Part shown: one piece after another, positions 43,769 through 43,840 of the stretch
Layout: each line of letters starts with the position of its first letter
Numbering within the stretch: the stretch's first letter is position 1
Source: a bacterium
Lineage (GTDB): Bacteria; Cyanobacteriota; Vampirovibrionia; Gastranaerophilales; Gastranaerophilaceae
Assembly: GCA_017472545.1 (NCBI GenBank)
Contig: JAFUPZ010000060.1
Coordinates: 1 to 43,840 of the forward strand
Direction: 5' to 3'
DNA: 43,840 nt
Made by a program: the position numbers and the translations under genes
Notes under the pieces: model-generated
What the model was told of the DNA's origin: nothing
Database searches by the model: none
The model's input: only the letters and a program-made list of their open reading frames with translations

Positions 43769-43840
43769 ATGACAAGAAGATCCGGTTTTACTTTGGCAGA
43801 AGTATTGATTACTTTAGGTATTATTGGTGTAGTTGCTGCT
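43769..43840 (+). CDS. prepilin-type N-terminal cleavage/methylation domain protein (5' fragment; runs off the right window edge)
   Basis: Reads MTRRSGFTLAEVLITLGIIGVVAA, preceded by an AAAGGTG RBS. It has the same class III signal as the gene at 39107. Confidence 0.75.
   Translation, partial: MTRRSGFTLAEVLITLGIIGVVAA

Overview
AT-rich (about one-third G+C by eye) bacterial chromosomal window that uses the standard code; TAA, TGA and TAG all end well-conserved genes. It is gene-dense and mostly housekeeping. Recognisable genes include a partial SNF2/SWIM helicase, two tandem GT8 glycosyltransferases, class II ribonucleotide reductase (nrdJ), and a peptide-type ABC importer that has no ATPase genes. 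A pyrH-frr-cdsA-rnc-rpe block follows, then cdd, rpsU (too short for the ORF track), a four-subunit 2-oxoacid:ferredoxin oxidoreductase, a GlcD-like FAD oxidase, gltX, rsmH plus an FtsL-like gene, maf, a NarL-type response regulator, and two prepilin-type (type IV pilin-like) genes. No tRNA, rRNA, CRISPR array, transposase or integrase was seen. The pilin N-termini (GFTLAEVLITLG(V/I)IG) and the GTCAT-type palindromic repeats suggest an uncultured low-GC lineage such as Melainabacteria, but that is a guess. The main observations are: (1) three copies of a near-consensus sigma-28 (FliA/SigD) promoter, TAAAGTTT-N11-GCCG(A/T)CAT, each in front of an uncharacterised gene: an acidic 371-aa protein, a 68-aa mini-gene, and a degenerate HD-GYP protein; (2) a coiled-coil ORF of about 1870 codons split by a single in-frame TAA and overlapping the start of the FAD oxidase; (3) two clusters of nested GTCATTCTGAGCG.AGCGAAGAATC-type palindromic repeats, whose few substitutions preserve base pairing on the + strand; (4) a 21-bp inverted-repeat-flanked AT-rich cassette carrying a promoter-like sequence, plus a direct-repeat operator candidate, upstream of a pilin-like gene; (5) an uncharacterised three-gene minus-strand operon (membrane protein, U32-like, DUF2229-like).
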